From Felis catus (taxonomy: Eukaryota): a stretch of DNA of 64,000 nucleotides. The position numbers were made by a program, and so were the translations under genes. The DNA lies in NCBI RefSeq assembly GCF_018350175.1, contig NC_058382.1, positions 55,368,001 to 55,432,000 of the forward strand. Reading direction: 5' to 3'. Shown here one piece after another: positions 12,256 to 25,299 of this stretch (within the stretch, counting starts at the first letter, position 1; the number at the start of each line of letters is the position of its first letter). The notes beneath the pieces are model-generated. The model was not told the DNA's origin, searched no databases, and worked only from the letters and a program-made list of their open reading frames with translations.

Positions 12256-14801
12256 TTTCAACCTTCTGCATGTTGCTGTCCAGTTCTCCCAGCACCATTT
12301 GTTAAAGAGACTGTCTTTTTTCCATTGGATATTCTTTCCTGCTTTGTCAAAGATTAGTTGGCCATACTTTTGTGGGTCTAGTTCTGGGGTTTCTATTCTA
12401 TTCCATTGGTCTATGTGTCTGTTTTTATGCCAATACCATTCTGTCTTGATGATTACAGTTTTGTAGTAGAGGCTAAAGTCTGGGATTGTGATGCCTCCTG
12501 CTTTGGTCTTCTTCAAAATTACTTTGGCTATTCGGGGACTTTTGTAGTTCCATATGAATTTTAGGATTGCTTGTTCTAGCTTCAAGAAGAATGCTGGTGC
12601 AATTTTAATTGGGATTGCATTGAATGTGTAGATAGCTTTGGGTAGTATTGACATTTTGACAATATTTATTCTTCCAATCCATGAGCATGGTATGTTTTTC
12701 CATTTCTTTATATCTTCTTCAATTTCCTTCATAAGCTTTCTACAGTTTTCAGCATACAGATCTTTTACATCTTTGGTTAGATTCATTCCTAGGTATTTTA
12801 TGCTTCTTGGTGCAATTGTGAATGGGATCAGTTTATTTGTCTTTCTGTTGCTTCATTATTAGTGTATAAGAATGCAACTGATTTTTGTACATTGATTTTG
12901 TATCCCACAAATTTGCTGAATTCATGTGTCAGTTCTAGCAGATTTTTGGTGGAGTCTATCAGATTTTCTATGTATAATATCATGTCATCTGCAAAAAGTG
13001 AAAGCTTGACTTCATCTTTGCCAATTTTGATGCCTTTGATTTCCTTTTGTTGTCTGATTGCTGATGCTAGCACTTCCAACACTGTGTTAAACAACAGCGG
13101 TGAGAGTGGATATCCCTGTCGTGTTCCTGATCTCAGGGAAAAAGCTCCCAGTTTTTCCCCATTGAGGATGATGTTAGCTGTGGGCTTTTCATAAATGGCT
13201 TTTATGATCTTTAAGTATGTTCCTTCTATCCCGACTTTCTCGAGGGTTTTTATTAAGAAAGGATGCTGAATTTTGTCAAATGCTTTTTCTGCATCGATTG
13301 ACAGGATCATATGGTTCTTATCTTTTCTTTTATTAATGTGATGTATCACGTTGATTGATTTGTGAATGTTGAACCAGCCCTGCATCCCAGGAATGAATCC
13401 CACTTGATCATGGTGAATAATTCTTTTTATATGCTGTTGAGTTCGATTTGCTAGTATTTTATTGAGAATTTTTGCATCCATATTCATCAGGGATATTGGC
13501 CTGTAGTTCTCTTTTTTTTTACTGGGTCTCTGTCTGGTTTAGGAATCAAAGTAATACTGGCTTCATAGAATGAGTCTGGAAGTTTTCCTTCCTTTCTATT
13601 TTTTGGAATAGCTTGAGAAGGATAGGTATTATCTCTGCTTTAAACGTCTGGTAGAACTCCCCTGGGAAGCCATCTGGTCCTGGACTCTTATTTGTTGGGA
13701 GATTTTTGATAACTGATTCAATTTCTTCTCTGGTTATGGGTCTGTTCAAGCTTTCTATTTCCTCCTGATTGAGTTTTGGAAGTGTGTGGGTGTTTAGGAA
13801 TTTGTCCATTTCTTCCAGGTTGTCCAGTTTGTTGGCATATAGTTTTTCATAGTATTCCCTGATAATTGCTTGTATTTCTGAGGGATTGGTTGTAATAATT
13901 CCATTTTCATTCATCATTTTATCTATTTGGGTCATCTCCCTTTTCTTTTTGAGAAGCATGGCTAGAGGTTTATCAATTTTGTTTATTTTTTCAAAAAACC
14001 AACTGTTGGTTTCGTTGATCTGCTCTACAGTTTTTTTTAGATTCTATATTGTTTATTTCTGCCCTGATCTTTATTCGTTCTCTTCTGCTGGGTTTAGGGT
14101 GTCTTTGTTGTTCTGCTTCTATTTCCTTTAGGTGTTCTGTTAGATTTTGTATTTGGGATTTTTCTTGTTTCTTGAGATAGGCCTGGATTGCAATGTATTT
14201 TCCTCTCAGGACTGCCTTCGCTGTATCCCAAAGCGTTTGGATTGTTGTATTTTCATTTTCGTTTGTTTCCATATATTTTTTAATTTCTTCTCTAATTGCC
14301 TGGTTGACCCATTCATTCTTTAGTAGGGTGTTCTTTAACCTCCATGCTTTTGGAGGTTTTCCAGACTTTTTCCTGTGGTTGATTTCAAGCTTCATAGCAT
14401 TGTGGTCTGAAAGTATGCATGGTATGATCTCAATTCTTGTATATTTATGAAGGGCTGTTTTGTGACCCAGTATGTGATCTATCTTGGAGAATGTTCCATG
14501 TGCACTTGAGAAGACAGTATATTCTGTTGCTTTGGGACGCAGAGTTCTAAATATATCTGTCAAGTCCATCTGATCCAATATATCATTCAGGGCCCTTGTT
14601 TCTTTATTAACCATGTGTCCAGATAATCTATCCATTGTTAAAGTCCCCTGCAATTACCACATTCTTATGAATAAGGTTGCTTATGTTTGTGAGTAATTGT
14701 TTGGAGGGTGGGTGATGGGTATTGAGGAGGGCACCTGTAGGGATGAGCACTGGGTGTTGTATGGAAACCAATTTGACAATAAATTTCATATATTAAAAAA
14801 A
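12256..14801. mobile_element. Carnivore/feline L1, 5'-inverted: ORF2 EN-RT fragment on minus (12256-~14700) plus ~100 bp 3' UTR/polyA on plus (~14700-14801)
   Basis: ORF2 peptides (DHILGHK/SDHN endonuclease, QGxPLSP and LFADD RT motifs) split by frameshifts; L1 3' end gatgagcactgggtgttgtatgg...aataaa-polyA; TSD aagaaatttgg at 12245-12255 and 14802-14812. Confidence 0.93.
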
Positions 14802-15381
14802 AAGAAATTTGGGGGATGGAGAAAATTGGGGGAGTGATTTTGGGGGACCCAAAGGAAGACCTCAGGGAAGAAGACAATGACAGTACCAAAAGGATTGTGG
14901 CAGTCGACAAAGTTAGGAGGCTGTTGTCCAAGGAATAAAGAAAAAGTAAAAGCCATGAGTATCTCAACTTTTGTTCTGGTTAGTTTACAAGACTAATATG
15001 TAAAACGATTGGTTAAAAAGGCAATTTACTTACATAGGAAATCTTCATAGTTTTTAATGCCTGTTACAGTTATAGGGTAGTTATGTGAAGAAAGTGAACT
15101 AAGTCATGCCAAATGCTTAACATGGCACCTGGCTACATATAGTACATACCCAGTGAATGCTTCTTAGGAAAATGGAGGAGACAAAAGACAATAAAGTAAT
15201 CAGAGAAAGCATCACAGTGGAAATAATACCAACTATTTTGCGGGCTGGAACAGCTCATATCCATGTTGGGCTGCTATCTCTCTATCCCTAACAAGTTAAA
15301 TTAGATCTCTCCTATCGATGCCATTTTCATCAGTTTCATCAACCTTTAGGAGTGTTTGTTTAATATCTTCTTCCTACCAAA

Positions 15382-15603
15382 GCAGTAGTTTTCGACTGGG
15401 AGAAATTTTGCTTCCTAGGGGACATTTTAGTGTTGTCTGAAGAGATTTTTGGTTGCCTTAACTCAGAGGCATGGGAACATACTATTGGCATCTAGTGGGT
15501 AGAAGCCAGGGATGCTGCTACACAACCTAGAGTGCACAGGTCAGCCCACCGCAGAGAACTGTTTGATCTCAGATGCCAATACTGCTGAGTTGAAACACTC
15601 TGC
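15382..15603 (+). mobile_element. MER20 (hAT-Charlie); further copies at ~17150-17358, ~22640-22840, ~31465-31670, ~61165-61412
   Basis: ggggacatt...tttttggttg...tactattggcatctagtgggtagaagccagggatgctgcta. Confidence 0.8.
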
Positions 15604-15726
15604 CCTATAGATCAGGGGCCATATCATTCTCATAAATCATGGGATCCCAAATGCCAACTACAGAGCAAGTTTCATGATGGACACCCAATAATAATGAAAG
15701 GAAACAGGGTCTGAACTGGAGCTTAC

Positions 15727-15832
15727 AGAATAGACCAGGTCGGAATGTATTTTCTTCTGCTTTGAGTGCATAGTGGTAGACGGTACATGAAGTTATTTGG
15801 AAAGAAAGTTCACAAAGGAGACTGTAAATATT
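15727..15832 (-). pseudogene. Pseudo-exon, 106 nt
   Basis: Acceptor tctcttctttccctttggggttag, donor TCT|gtaagc. Chain frame IFTVSFVNFLSK*LHVPSTTMHSKQKKIHSDLVYS, phase 2 to 0; true frame ambiguous. Confidence 0.55.
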
Positions 15833-17399
15833 CTAACCCCAAAGGGAAAGAAGAGATAAACAGCCTCGGGGCTTCACCAGGAGACTGACATTGCTGTAAA
15901 CAAGAGAGTCACAGAACAAAAGGTCTGGAACCGCAGGTAACACAAGAACACCCAAGACTATGAGCAGTTCATTGTTTTGACAGATAGAATTCAGTCAACC
16001 ACTGAAGCAGCAGAGATAGAATTTTAAATAGACACAAAATAGAGAGCATTTCTTTGGTAACGCACAAAGGTGAGACTCTTCAGCCCACCATGGGCTGCCA
16101 TGCACACAGAGAAGGCTCCACCTTGGGAGTCTGGTGAATGCCAACCATCACGGTGCATTAGAATCACCTTGAAAGCACCCTGATGCGGGGCACCTCGGTA
16201 GCTCAGTCAATTGAGCGTCAGACTTCAGCTTGGGTCATGATCTTACAGTCCGTGAGTTTGAGGCCCACATCGTTGGGCTCTGTGCTGACAGCTCACAGCC
16301 TGAAACCTGCTTCAGATTCTGTGTCTCCCTCTCTCTCTGCCTCTCTCTCTCTCTTAAAAATAAATAAACATTAAAAATAAATAAGGCATCCTGATATTTG
16401 GGAACCAGCTCCCAGAGCTCAGGTTTACTTGATCTAAGATGTGTGTCTTGAGCACTGATGTTTTTTCGAGCGTCCCCATCCCTGGTGAAGCTAAAGTATA
16501 GCTCTACATTGAGAACGAACTACAGCTCAAAGTCTTATATAAGCAATTCCTTCAACACCTTATGTATCCAATTCCACTGAGGGTCTTAGAATTTACGTGT
16601 CTGAAACTGAGCTCTTGATTTGGGTCCCCTCCTACTTTGTGTTGCTGGTGAGCCACACCACTCAGCACCCCGCTGAGACCAGAATCTCTGAGAGTCACTG
16701 TTAATCCCTGTTTCTCCTCCTTCTATCTCCAAATCCAATTCATTCCTGGCACTGTCACTGGCATTTTCAGAAGGCATCTTGACAGAGCCAGTGCTCTCCT
16801 TTTCCAAGGTCTCTGCGCCAGTCAAAGCTGCTGTCGTTTCTTCCTGGGATTCCACTCTTGCCCCTCCAATCCATTCTCTGAGAGGTAGCCAGAGAGCCCC
16901 TCTCTTATTTAAGACCCACCAAAGGCTTTCCACTGTAGGGAATACAAGCCCAAACTTCTGCCCAAGACCGGAAGCCCTGCATGATCTGGCCTCTCTCATA
17001 CCACCCCTCTCTCCTGTACTCATCAGCTTGAAACATCAAGCTTTTCCTGGCATTATAGCCTTTGCTGTTTATTTCACCTGGAATGCTTGGGTGGGGAGCC
17101 CCTTTACAGGGCTGGCTTCTTTCTTTTCATGTGTTAGCCTAAATCAGTCTCAGTCTTGGAACCATACACATTTTAGGCCAAAGAATTCTTTTTTTGCTGG
17201 GACTGTCCCGTGTATTGTAGAATGTTTAGAAGCATACATGGCCTCTATCACTAGATGCTAGTAGCATCTCACTCCTCAGTTGTGACAACCAAAAATGTCT
17301 CCAGACATTGTCAGGTGTCCCATGGGAACAAAATCATTGGCTAGTTGAAACACTACTGGTTTAAATATTACCTTCTTCTATTTTTAAATGTTTATTTAT

Positions 17400-17447
<48 letters not shown>

Positions 17448-18031
17448 CGCTCAAGAGCAGGGAAGAGGCAAAAAGAGAGAGAGAGAGAGGGAGAGAGAGA
17501 GAATCCCAAGCAGGATCTGCACTGTCAGTGCAGAGCTCACCTTGGGGCCTAATTCCACAAATCCTGAGATCATGACCTGATTCGAAATCAAGACTCAGAT
17601 ATCTAATCTAATGAACCACCCAGGTGCCCCTAAATATTACCTTCTTGAGGAGGTGTTCCCTGGCGTCCAGGCTTTAAGCCTCCAGTTGGTATTCTCAATC
17701 TCCATATCTTATTTATACTTTTATAACATTTTCCTCATCTTGAAATTAAATATACACTTATTTATGTAGTAAGTGTCTAGTAACTATCTCAGCCAATGAC
17801 CTCTGTAGAGTATAACCAGGAGTCAAGGTGTATCCAATGCTTTAATGACAGAACCATGGCTAGTCTGCGGAGATAATTCTTATGGGGCTTCTCCTTTATG
17901 ACCAATCCCAAGTCCCTCCTTGGCGGGTCATGGTGCTGGAGAAGCCGAGGCTCTCGTGTTGTAGGTCCATGCTCAGGTGGGAATTCTGGATTCTTGCAGA
18001 AAACTAGGAAGCAAGGCCAACGTCTTCTTAC

Positions 18032-18174
18032 CTCTCTGTTTCCTCCTTTTCCAGGCTTTGGCCAGAAAAGGTAATCTTCATGTCTTCAAAATGGTTCTAG
18101 CAAAGAGCTCTCATGAGTAGAGTTGACAATGAGTTCCAGCTTACTGAAAGCATTAGTTCTCGCAGGAGGCACCC
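18032..18174 (-). pseudogene. Pseudo-exon, 143 nt
   Basis: Acceptor acctcacag, strong donor GAG|gtaaga. GCLLRELMLSVSWNSLSTLLMRALC*NHFEDMKITFSGQSLEKEETE, phase 0 to 2. Confidence 0.6.
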
Positions 18175-18380
18175 CTGTGAGGTATCCTATCTGCTCAGAA
18201 ACCCCCTAGGCTAGGCTAGCCCTAGGGTGTCCACTTCCCTTGGAACTGACTCTTTCCACTTCCATCAGGCAAAGCCGGGCTGTGAATCTAGGTCTTGTCT
18301 GTCCCTCTATTTGCATCCTTAAAATCCATATTTCAGGGGAAAAGCATCCTTTCCCCCAGCCTGGGCAGGATTGGGCTGTC

Positions 18381-18604
18381 CACCCCCAAAAGAAACCCAT
18401 AACCATTAGCAGATTACCCTATTCTTAAAATGTTAGTAATTCAGCCAACCTGACTTCTCAACCTCCCCTGACATACTGTTCCCCATTCCCACTCTACCTT
18501 GCCTCTTTGGGGAAATCTTTCTTTTTCCTTCCACACTGGGTCTTTAGCAGGAAGGGAATACTATATGGCAGTGCTGTCCAATAGTAACATAATGCAAGCC
18601 ACAG
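18381..18604 (+). repeat. ~224-bp direct repeat, copy A (copy B at 20939-21162)
   Basis: cacccccaaaagaaacccataaccattagcagattaccctattcttaaaatg...taatgcaagccacag present twice; roughly 90% identical by eye. Confidence 0.95.
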
Positions 18605-18641
18605 ACCATATGTGGTAGAGAAGGGGTAGTACCCTCTACAA

Positions 18642-19080
18642 TGTCTTAGGGCTGCTGTAACAAAGGAGCACAAGCAACAGAACAGTGGGTTTAATTGTTT
18701 TATAGTTCTGAAGCCAGAAGTCCAAAATCAAGGTGTCAGCAGGGCTTCTTTCTATCTGAAGCCTCTAGAAGAGGATACTTCCTTGTCTCTTCCACCAGTT
18801 TCTAGTGGCCCCCAGTGATTTCTGGCTTGTGTTAACATCACCCCAATCTCTGCTTCCATCTTCCTATGGCCACCTTCCCTTCATGTCTACATCCAGATTT
18901 CCCTCTTCTTATAAGAACACCAGTCATATTGGATTAAGGGCTCACCTGACTTCACTATGACCTCATCTTAGCAAGTTCCATCTGTAACTACCCTATGCTC
19001 AAATAAGGTCACATTTTGAGGCAGTGGAGAATAGGACTTCAACATATCTTTTGTGGGGGGAACACAATTAACTTATAACA
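18642..19080 (-). mobile_element. MLT1 (MaLR) solo LTR
   Basis: agggctgctgtaacaaa...gaagtccaaaatcaaggtgtcagcaggg...aggacttcaacatatct. Confidence 0.8.
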
Positions 19081-19623
19081 TCTCCCAAACCAAAGCAGGG
19101 TCCCATTTCCAGAAGAAGAGATGATGGAAAGGGAGTTGTGCTGGTTGTGGGTGAATCCATATCGCACCCTCCATTCCCCATTCATCTTCTGCTCTCAGCT
19201 CTCAATCCTGGAGGATGACTCCAGCTAATGGAGAGCATGGGACAGAGGCTGTAGGAAGGGAGAAGTGTGAACTCAGATTACTCCCTCTGGCACCTCCCTG
19301 CAGAGTCACTGTTGGGCTGCCCAACTCCCTTGCCTGAAGGTCACTGTTTACCTTTTTTAGATGCCAGTAACTCCCCTTCCAGTAACCCCCCCCCCCCTTG
19401 TTCCTTTAGGCCTAGGAAAGGATATCCTAACTTTTTATGTGCCCAGGTGTACTCTAACCTTTCCCACACCCTTTACTGAATATTCTTGCAATCACCCAAT
19501 TTGCCACTTCTTGGCTCTAGGATGATTGCAAGACTGACTGATGCACCAGGAAAAAGAGCAGATGTCTACTACATTTCTAAGAATGTTCATTCTACTGCAC
19601 CTTCCTCATTAAAGATACTTTAC

Positions 19624-19818
19624 TAAATGACAGGTCTTGGTCATGACTTCTGGTTCTCAGTGTTCCTTTAGCAGGAACAGTTCCTTTAGTGCTGCATAGT
19701 CATAACTCTTTAATTAAAGGTTCTTTCTAAGAACTTGTTTTCCTAACAGCAGAGGTACAGAAGTCAATGGAAGGAGCTCATAAAGCTCCATGCAGATCAG
19801 GGAGTTAGTGTACCTGGA
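19624..19818 (-). pseudogene. Pseudo-exon (donor uncertain: 19624 or 19601)
   Basis: Strong acceptor ggcttcttttccctacag. SRYTNSLICMELYELLPLTSVPLLLGKQVLRKNL*LKSYDYAALKELFLLKEH*EPEVMTKTCHL; helical-repeat-like composition. Confidence 0.62.
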
Positions 19819-20229
19819 CTGTAGGGAAAAGAAGCCAAACCAAAAAGTATTAACAGCAGGGGCAATTTGGAAAAGGCACACATTCCCCCAGCTAAGATGA
19901 ATACACCCCTTGTGTGGCGTTGACAGAGGAGTTAAGAGGTCACTGAAATCATTACCATTTTTCATTCTCCCGAGTTAAAGAAAACAATGACAGAGACTGC
20001 CAACTAAGACAATTACCAGCATAACCAATAAGAAGTTTACCAGGATTGGGAAATTCTGCAGTGCCAGCCATGAACTCTGAGCTCCCCACTAGACGTAAGC
20101 TCCTTGAGGGCAGGGACTGGGTCCCTGTTGGTCACCATTCCATCCCTAGCACCAAGCCAAATGCAGGATAGAGAGAAACTGAGTGAATTAATAAGTGAGG
20201 CACTTTGGTTGGGGCTGGCTTCTGAAGAT

Positions 20230-20368
20230 GTTCTAAATCAACTCTGAGACTCTGTGTAGAGAATTCTCTCCCATGTGTGTTGTTGCCCCTGGAGAGGAAG
20301 CTTCACCCCAGGTTGCTGCTAGATATGGAGAGTGCTCAATGGGCAGAGTACACAAGGGAGGTTCTAAC
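20230..20368 (-). pseudogene. Probable pseudo-exon, donor not located
   Basis: Acceptor ttatgtgttctag; phase-2 reading LEPPLCTLPIEHSPYLAATWGEASSPGATTHMGENSLHRVSELI* fits the upstream exon phase. Confidence 0.4.
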
Positions 20369-20669
20369 CTAGAACACATAACTATAGATAGAAGTTTGCA
20401 TTTTGATTTAAATAGCTGTTCCTAATACTCAAAGTGACTCAGGTATCATTGCAAGTCACTTTGTCCCGTTAGTCTCCAAATATCATCTGCTTGAGTCCCT
20501 ATCACATATGCCATGAGAGGCTCATTGATGCCCTCACAACATGTTTGCAAATTCCCAATCTCATTTTCCTTCAAGTCATTTCTGACTTATTTTTAGTAAA
20601 GGTGATTTCTGGTTCCTCCCCTACTTTCAGCCAAAACATGTACATGTAAGAGCCCTTTTTCCCTACTTA

Positions 20670-20710
<41 letters not shown>

Positions 20711-21126
20711 ACATACAGATCAGCTGAAAGTAGTAAGCTTTCCAGAAAATTCAAGGGTCTTCTGTTACATCAGATTCTGTAGGTATTACACTGCCCTATT
20801 CTTTCCTGTATCTTAATTTTATTGAGCTGTAATTCACATACCATGAAATTCACCCTTTAAAATGTACAATCCAGTAGTTTTTTTAGTGTATTCATAAGGT
20901 AATGCAACCATCAACAGTATCTAATTCCAAATTTTCATCACCCCCAAAAGAAACCCATAACCATTAGCAGATTACCCTATTCTTAAAATGTCAGTAATTC
21001 GGCCAATCTGACTTTCAACCTCCCCTGATATACTGTTCCCCATTCCCAGTCTACATTGCCTCTTTGGGGAAATCTTTCTTTTTCCTTCCACACTGGTGTC
21101 TTTAGTGGGAAGGGAATACTATATGG

Positions 21127-21560
21127 CAGTGCTGTCCAATAGGACCATAATGCAAGCCACAGGAGTTATTTTTTTAAACTTTTTTTTATGTTTATTTCTG
21201 AGACAGAGAGAGACAGAGCATGAGTGGGGAAAGGGCAGAGAGAGGGGGAAACACAGAATCAGAAGCAGTCTCCAGGCTCTGAGCTGTCAGCAGAGAGCTG
21301 GACGCGGGGCTCGAACTCACAAGCTATGAGATCATGACCTGAGCCGAAGTCGGACGCTCAACCGACTGAGCCACCCAGGTGCCCCAAGCCACAGAAGTTA
21401 TTTAAAATTTTCTATTAGTCGAATTTTAAAAAGTAAAAAAGGTAAAATTACTTTCAATTGTATATTTTATATAACACAATCTATCCAAAATATATTTCAA
21501 CACATAATCAGTATACAAGTTCATAATGGGGTATTTTTCACTGTACTAAATTTTTGATGA
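21127..21560 (+). mobile_element. MER3/MER33-like hAT element split by a SINE (21170-21384)
   Basis: cagtgctgtccaatag...taatgcaagccaca...aaattttcta; SINE TSD aagccacag(g/a)agttattt. Confidence 0.7.
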
Positions 21561-21757
21561 TTTGTTTGTATGTTGCTTCCTTATGGAAGTCTTCCACAAT
21601 CCGCCTCTTCCCTGCCACCTTGATTATTCATCACGACAATTGTTTCCCTTTGCATAGTTCCTTTAGTACCATTTACCACAATTCATGATTTTCTTTTTTA
21701 CATCATGCACATACTACTGTCTGTATCCCACACTCGACTGCAAATTTTTGAGGATGA

Positions 21758-22115
21758 TGCTATAGACTGAATTGTGATCCCCTCCAAAATTCATATGTTG
21801 AAGCCCTAACCCCCAATGAGGTGGTATTTGGAGGTGGGGCCTTTGGGAGGTAATTAGGTTTAGATGAGATCATGAAGGCAAGGCCTTGATGATAAGATCA
21901 ATATCCTTATTAGAAGAAATACCAGAGGGTTTTCTCTCTCTCTCTCTCTCTCTCTCTCCATCTCTCTGCCATGCAAGGATGTTGTGAGGCCAGCAAGATA
22001 GCTCCTACCAGAATGTGTCCTAGCTGTCTCTAATTTCTCTAATTTCTGGCCTCAAGAACTGTGGGAGAATGGATTTCTGTTGTTTAAGCCACCCAGTCTT
22101 ATGGATAGCCATAAG
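21758..22115 (+). mobile_element. MLT1A-like solo LTR
   Basis: tgctatagactgaattg...ccaaaattcatatgttgaagccctaacccccaatg...tgtttaagccacccagtct. Confidence 0.8.
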
Positions 22116-23470
22116 ATGCAGATTGTCTCATAGCTGTGGTTTAGGCAATAAATGCTAAAGCTCAGTTCTCTTGTCTGTGAAATAGGGATAAACAAATTGA
22201 CACTAGAAGTCATTTATTCACTCAGCAGGTAGAGTGTCCAGTGCATGCCAGGCACTGTCCTAGGTGCTGGAGGTTAAACAGATCACAGAGCAAAGTTCTT
22301 GCCCTCACCAAGTTTGCATTCTATTAGGGGAAACAAGTATCTAGAAATTAATGGGCCAACACGTAAGACAATGTCAGGCAATGGTAGGAACAATGAAGAA
22401 AAATACCACGATGTCTTAGATGAGGTGGTTAGCACAGCATCCCAAATAGAAGTGCTCAATAAAGAGTAGCCTTTTATACTACTCTTATTATTTGAGGTGT
22501 GATTTGCTACAGTATCTAAAGTGATCCTTTTACAATGTAAGTTAGTTGAAATCATTTCTTTGTTCAAATTTTTTTTTGTTCAAATGTTCTAATGACATCT
22601 CATCATACTTAGAATAAAAACCACTGTCTTCACCATGATTTGCAGTACCTTGGATCTGTTGACAATGGGGCTGGATGCTTCTTTATTTGTGGCTGTCCTA
22701 CGTGTTGTAGGATGTTAAGCAGCATCCTTAGACTCTATGCACTGGGTGCCGGTAGCAACCACCCAACTGTGACAACCAAAAATGTCTCCAGATATCATTC
22801 GATGTCCCCTGGGGACGAAATCACCCCATTTGATAGCCCTGAGCTTACAGCTAGCTTGAACTACTGCTCTGATTTACTTCCCACTCTTCTCTTTTTACTT
22901 ACCCTTCTCTGGCCAAAATGGCTTCCTTGTTCCTTCCCCAACACTCTGTCCCTGTCTGAGAGCCTTTGTCTCTGCTCTTTCCTCCGCCTGGTGCACCCTT
23001 CCCTGGAATATCTGTTCAACTGCTCCCTGCTCAGTGTAGCTTTGCCTGACTTCCATAAAGAATATGGCATTTTCCTCCCCAGTCACTATTCTGCTTCATA
23101 ACACCCATCACCACTTGACACCATATGCATTTGTTTGTTTACTGAATATGCCCCATCTTCCTCTGCAATGTAAGTTCCACAGGATAGGGACTTGGATGGT
23201 TTTAGGTACTGCTGTACCCCCATGATCTAAAAGAGTGTGTAGCACATAGCAGGCACTTAATGAATATATGTTGAAGGAATGAATTAATGCATGAGTGTAT
23301 GACTCTCAGAAGGCTAGGAAAGAATGCACAGGATAGAAAAAGCAGGACATAGCTGAGATGATGAAGAAACCAGCCCAACTGGAATAAAAGTAGGTCTGAA
23401 AGTTGGGCTTGTTTGGGTGTGAACAAATTCAATTATTGTTGAAATCCAGGCTTCATACTTGATCCATTAC

Positions 23471-24219
23471 CTATCAGACAAGTAGGAGCCAGAGTAGTTT
23501 CATGAGTAAGAGAACAATGTGGTAAGGATGGAGTAGAGATTAGAAGCCTGAGTCCAACTGGAAAACAATTCAATGAGAGCCTGGATCCAACTAGAAATTA
23601 ACATGATGTTTTGTGTGTGGACAGAGGTGGCACATAGGTTTTCTCTCCTGTGCCATCTTTGCTTGGTTAGGAATGTTGGGGTGAGTAGGTTCTTAGGGTG
23701 AGAGTGCTTTGATTTAACAATGTCTGTGGTGGTATTGGAAGGATGTGGCAGCAGAGGCATCAAGGGTCTGCCATCCCTGTTGGAAGAAACTACGTCAATG
23801 GCACTGATTGTTATTGAAACAGAAAAGAGGGGAGCCCCGGTGGCTCAGTCAGTTAAGTGTCTGACTTCCACTCAGGTCATGATCTCTCGGTTCAGGAGTT
23901 TAAGCCCTGCGTTGGGCTCTGTGCCAACAGCTCAGAGCCTGGAGCCTGCTTTGGATTCTGTGTCTCCATCTTTCTCCGTCCCTCCCCAACTCGTGTGTGC
24001 ACGCTCTCTCTCTCGCTCTTGTTCTTAAAAATAAACATTAAAATAAAAAAGAAACAGAAATCAGAGAAGTGTAAATCAGGGCTCTCTTGGATTTCCACAC
24101 GGTATTTTAGACAAATTTCGCAGGTAGTGTCTTGTATCATTATGTGTTAGGAGCTGCCAGATGAGATTTGGGCTCTATGTTGGCAAGAGTGTCATCCTGT
24201 CAGTCAAGAAACACCTTCC
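23471..24219 (-). pseudogene. Large pseudo-exon (514 nt after removing the SINE insertion 23826-24060)
   Basis: Acceptor ggtctctttcacag, donor TAG|gtaatg. After excising the SINE plus one TSD the frame runs ...WKSKRALIYTSLISVSITISAIDVVSSNRDGRPLMPLLPHPS... into ORF 23500..23763. Phase 1 to 2. An alternative acceptor gives a start at 23776. Confidence 0.6.
23826..24050 (+). mobile_element. CAN SINE inserted within a pseudo-exon
   Basis: TSD gaaacagaaa at 23816-23825 and 24051-24060. Confidence 0.9.
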
Positions 24220-25299
24220 CTGTGAAAGAGACCCAGAGAGACATTATTAAGGCAGCACTTTGAAGATGAAACTATAGATAATGATAGGGAGGAGGAACGA
24301 AGCCACCTCAAGATAATGGGGCAATTTAGCTATGTCTCGAGGTAGTTTTCCTTTCTTTGTGTTATGTTACTCTTAAGTAAATTTACTTTTTATGTGGTGG
24401 CGTGGGGTGTTTTTTTATGTAGTTGCTTAACATGTTTTTACAAGTGTAACTTTGCTTGTAACCTTCCTTGTGAAATATAGAGATGGAACCTTTAACAAAA
24501 AAATTCCACTAGCAAAACCACATGAGAACAGGAGAATGAGCAAAAGAATCCAGCCTCAAAAAAGATGAATGTATGATTCCCTTTATTTAAGGTAAAAATC
24601 AGGCACAACTGATCTATGCTGTTAGACATCAGAATAGTGGCAACCTTTGGGGTGGAGATGACTGGAAGGGGTCACAGGGAGGGTTTGGGTGAGCTGGTAA
24701 TGTTCTGTTTCCTGATCTGGGTGCTAACTACATGAATGGATTCACTCTGTGAAAATTCATCAAAGTGTACACATAAAATTAAAAAAAAAAAATACCTAAG
24801 AAAGAAATTTCCTCTATAATGTACATAGAAGATGGATAGTCTCAAAACAGTTATTGCCTTAAATAACTCCATCAGGTGAAACATACACTAGTTATTGATT
24901 TATAAAGATTGACCATATTCAGATGAAACATGATGAAGAGGAAAACAAAAAACAAAACAAAAACAAGTGTGTGCTGTAGAATCTTATGATTCTAACTGCA
25001 CCTCTGCTCTTGTTAGTTGAATGATGGTGGAAACTTTATATTCTCTGAAGATTGGTTTCCTCATCTTGAAAACAGGCATAAGAAGAGGGGTGCCTGAGTG
25101 CCCCAGTCGGTTAAGTGTCCAACCCTTGATTTCAGCTCAGGTCATGATCTCATGGTTTGTGGATTCGAGCCCCACATCAGGTTCTGTGCTAACCTTGTAG
25201 AGCCTGCTTCAGATTCTCTGTATCCCTCTCTCTCTGCCCCTTCCCCACTTGCTCTCTCCCAAAAATAAACATTTAAAAACAATAAAAAATAAAATATGA

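Noticed and set aside
12238..14653. Reverse transcriptase/endonuclease ORFs as an active element or novel RT system
   Set aside because: Ordinary L1 ORF2, frameshifted, truncated and inverted; lacks ORF1 and promoter.
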